From NCBI RefSeq assembly GCF_001194135.2, contig NC_068989.1:37470949-37523902 (forward strand): a stretch of DNA of 52,954 nt, in the 5' to 3' direction. Of the stretch, positions 51,669-52,954 are shown piece after piece (position 1 is the first letter of the stretch; each line of letters begins with the position of its first letter). The stretch is from Octopus bimaculoides (Eukaryota). Below the pieces are notes generated by a model, which was not told the DNA's origin, did not search any database, and saw nothing but the letters and a program-made list of their open reading frames with translations. The position numbers were made by a program, and so were the translations under genes.

Positions 51669-52342
51669 TATTGTATAAAGAATCGTGAGTAAAGCCAGAA
51701 CAATGCGAAAACGCGAAGTAAATGCAAGGCAAATCACGACATACATATAGTGCACACCAGCCATTCCCTGAGAAAAGCTTTGTCCAAGAACAACACTTCC
51801 CACTATCCATGGAGTACACATTATGTAACTGCCCCAGCAATGACCCTGAATTGTGCTAGAGGACCTTTGTTGTATATGAGATCATCTGTGGCAAATGTAG
51901 CGCATCCTACATAGGAAGTACAAGAAAACTGCATATACGAACTAAGGAACACATGCAGGTAGACACTTCCGCGAAGAAACATCAAAGGAAATGCCAGATC
52001 AGAGAATTCACAGTGCACATCAAGGCAACACAGCGTAACAGGGGAACCGTTAGAATCTCTGAAGCCATCCTCATACACCAAAAGAAACTCAGGATCAACC
52101 ATACAAGAGAGCTACGGAAGTTAGCTGGTTGCTACTGCAACACATTTCCGCGCATGTCCACTCCACACACGCTCACACACATGCACATCAGCAACATTCG
52201 TTAATTTCTTGAAAATGGGGTCATAACCCCGAAATATTGAATACAAGGTATGTCTACATTAATTCATGTATTTGTTTTCTTGTGATTTGCCTTGCATTTA
52301 CTTCGCATTGTTCTGGCCTTACCCACGATCCTTTATACAATA
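51669..52342 (+). mobile_element. Short 5'-truncated Penelope-like element (GIY-YIG + pLTR) with inverted terminal copy
   Basis: CNCPSNDPELC*RTFVVYEIICGKCSASYIGSTRKLHIRTKEH...SEAILIHQKKLRIN (51824-52110); 51669-51737 is inverted versus 52282-52342. Confidence 0.9.
52204..52242 (+). ncRNA. Minimal hammerhead motif, U3-A8 variant
   Basis: atttc-TTGAAAA-t-GGGG-tcataa-CCCC-GAAA-ta-TT-gaat; helix III palindrome ATAT. Confidence 0.75.
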
Positions 52343-52954
52343 TATTCTGCGCAATGCTTCATAGTTATTATCCTTTATATATAGTTCATAGATGAGAATC
52401 AGATATTCTCCGCTTAGTATAGGCTTAGTAGTGCTCAAGAGGTTTAAACTTAAGCAGGTAAGCATAAGCAAGTTAGGCAGGTCGATATAGAAAGAATATT
52501 AAATACATTAAATACAAAAAAGTACATATGTTTACATACGAAAAAGGTCCGAATTCCACAGAATAGAAATGATATCAAAAATATTAAAGGGGTTGAAAAA
52601 GAGTATTACAAATCCACCAGCAGTTTCTGGGGACTCGTTGGTCCAAAATAATGATTGTAAATTGATTTTATCGTCGGACGATACGAGCCTCTGTCTTCAG
52701 GGAAGAAATCTTACATTTGAGGTGCTGAAAGAAAAAAGATTATTTTGAACCACCGATCACCGAGGCGTCAAAAGGCATCACTTCGCAAGAGTTCACCCAC
52801 TGCTTCAAACAATAGAAATCATGTCTGGACCGATGCATTGCTTCAAATGGAGACTACTTTGAAGGCTATACAAGTGTTAACATAAAACTAAATGAATGAA
52901 ATAATATTGCACAATTCCGCTTTCCTTTTGGGTACACCCCCGTATATATATATA

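Overview
This is repeat-dense, AT-rich eukaryotic genomic DNA from a draft assembly with many N gaps. It contains no intact protein-coding gene, rRNA, tRNA gene or CRISPR array, and most ORFs in the supplied track are microsatellite or N artefacts. The SINE families and extreme microsatellite load resemble an octopus (cephalopod) genome, which is inference only. Recognisable content: three Penelope-like retroelement (PLE) bodies (RT and/or GIY-YIG) plus several solo or inverted pseudo-LTR (pLTR) remnants; two R4/Dong-type RLE LINEs inserted in (TAA)n, plus a third RLE fragment; RTE and Tx1/L1 LINE fragments; a Gypsy integrase fragment; three Tc1/mariner remnants; four foldback MITEs; a Helentron-like repeat; and many tRNA-derived SINEs. 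The most notable signal is a recurrent set of hammerhead-ribozyme (HHR) motifs in the PLE pLTRs. One is fully canonical (50219-50284). Three unrelated pLTRs share a compensatory U3-A8 core (TTGAAAA) with palindromic helix III. These pLTRs are repeatedly arranged as inverted pairs, and their ends mostly abut (TA)n. A few low-confidence host exon candidates are noted. All alignments and folds were done by eye, and element boundaries are approximate.
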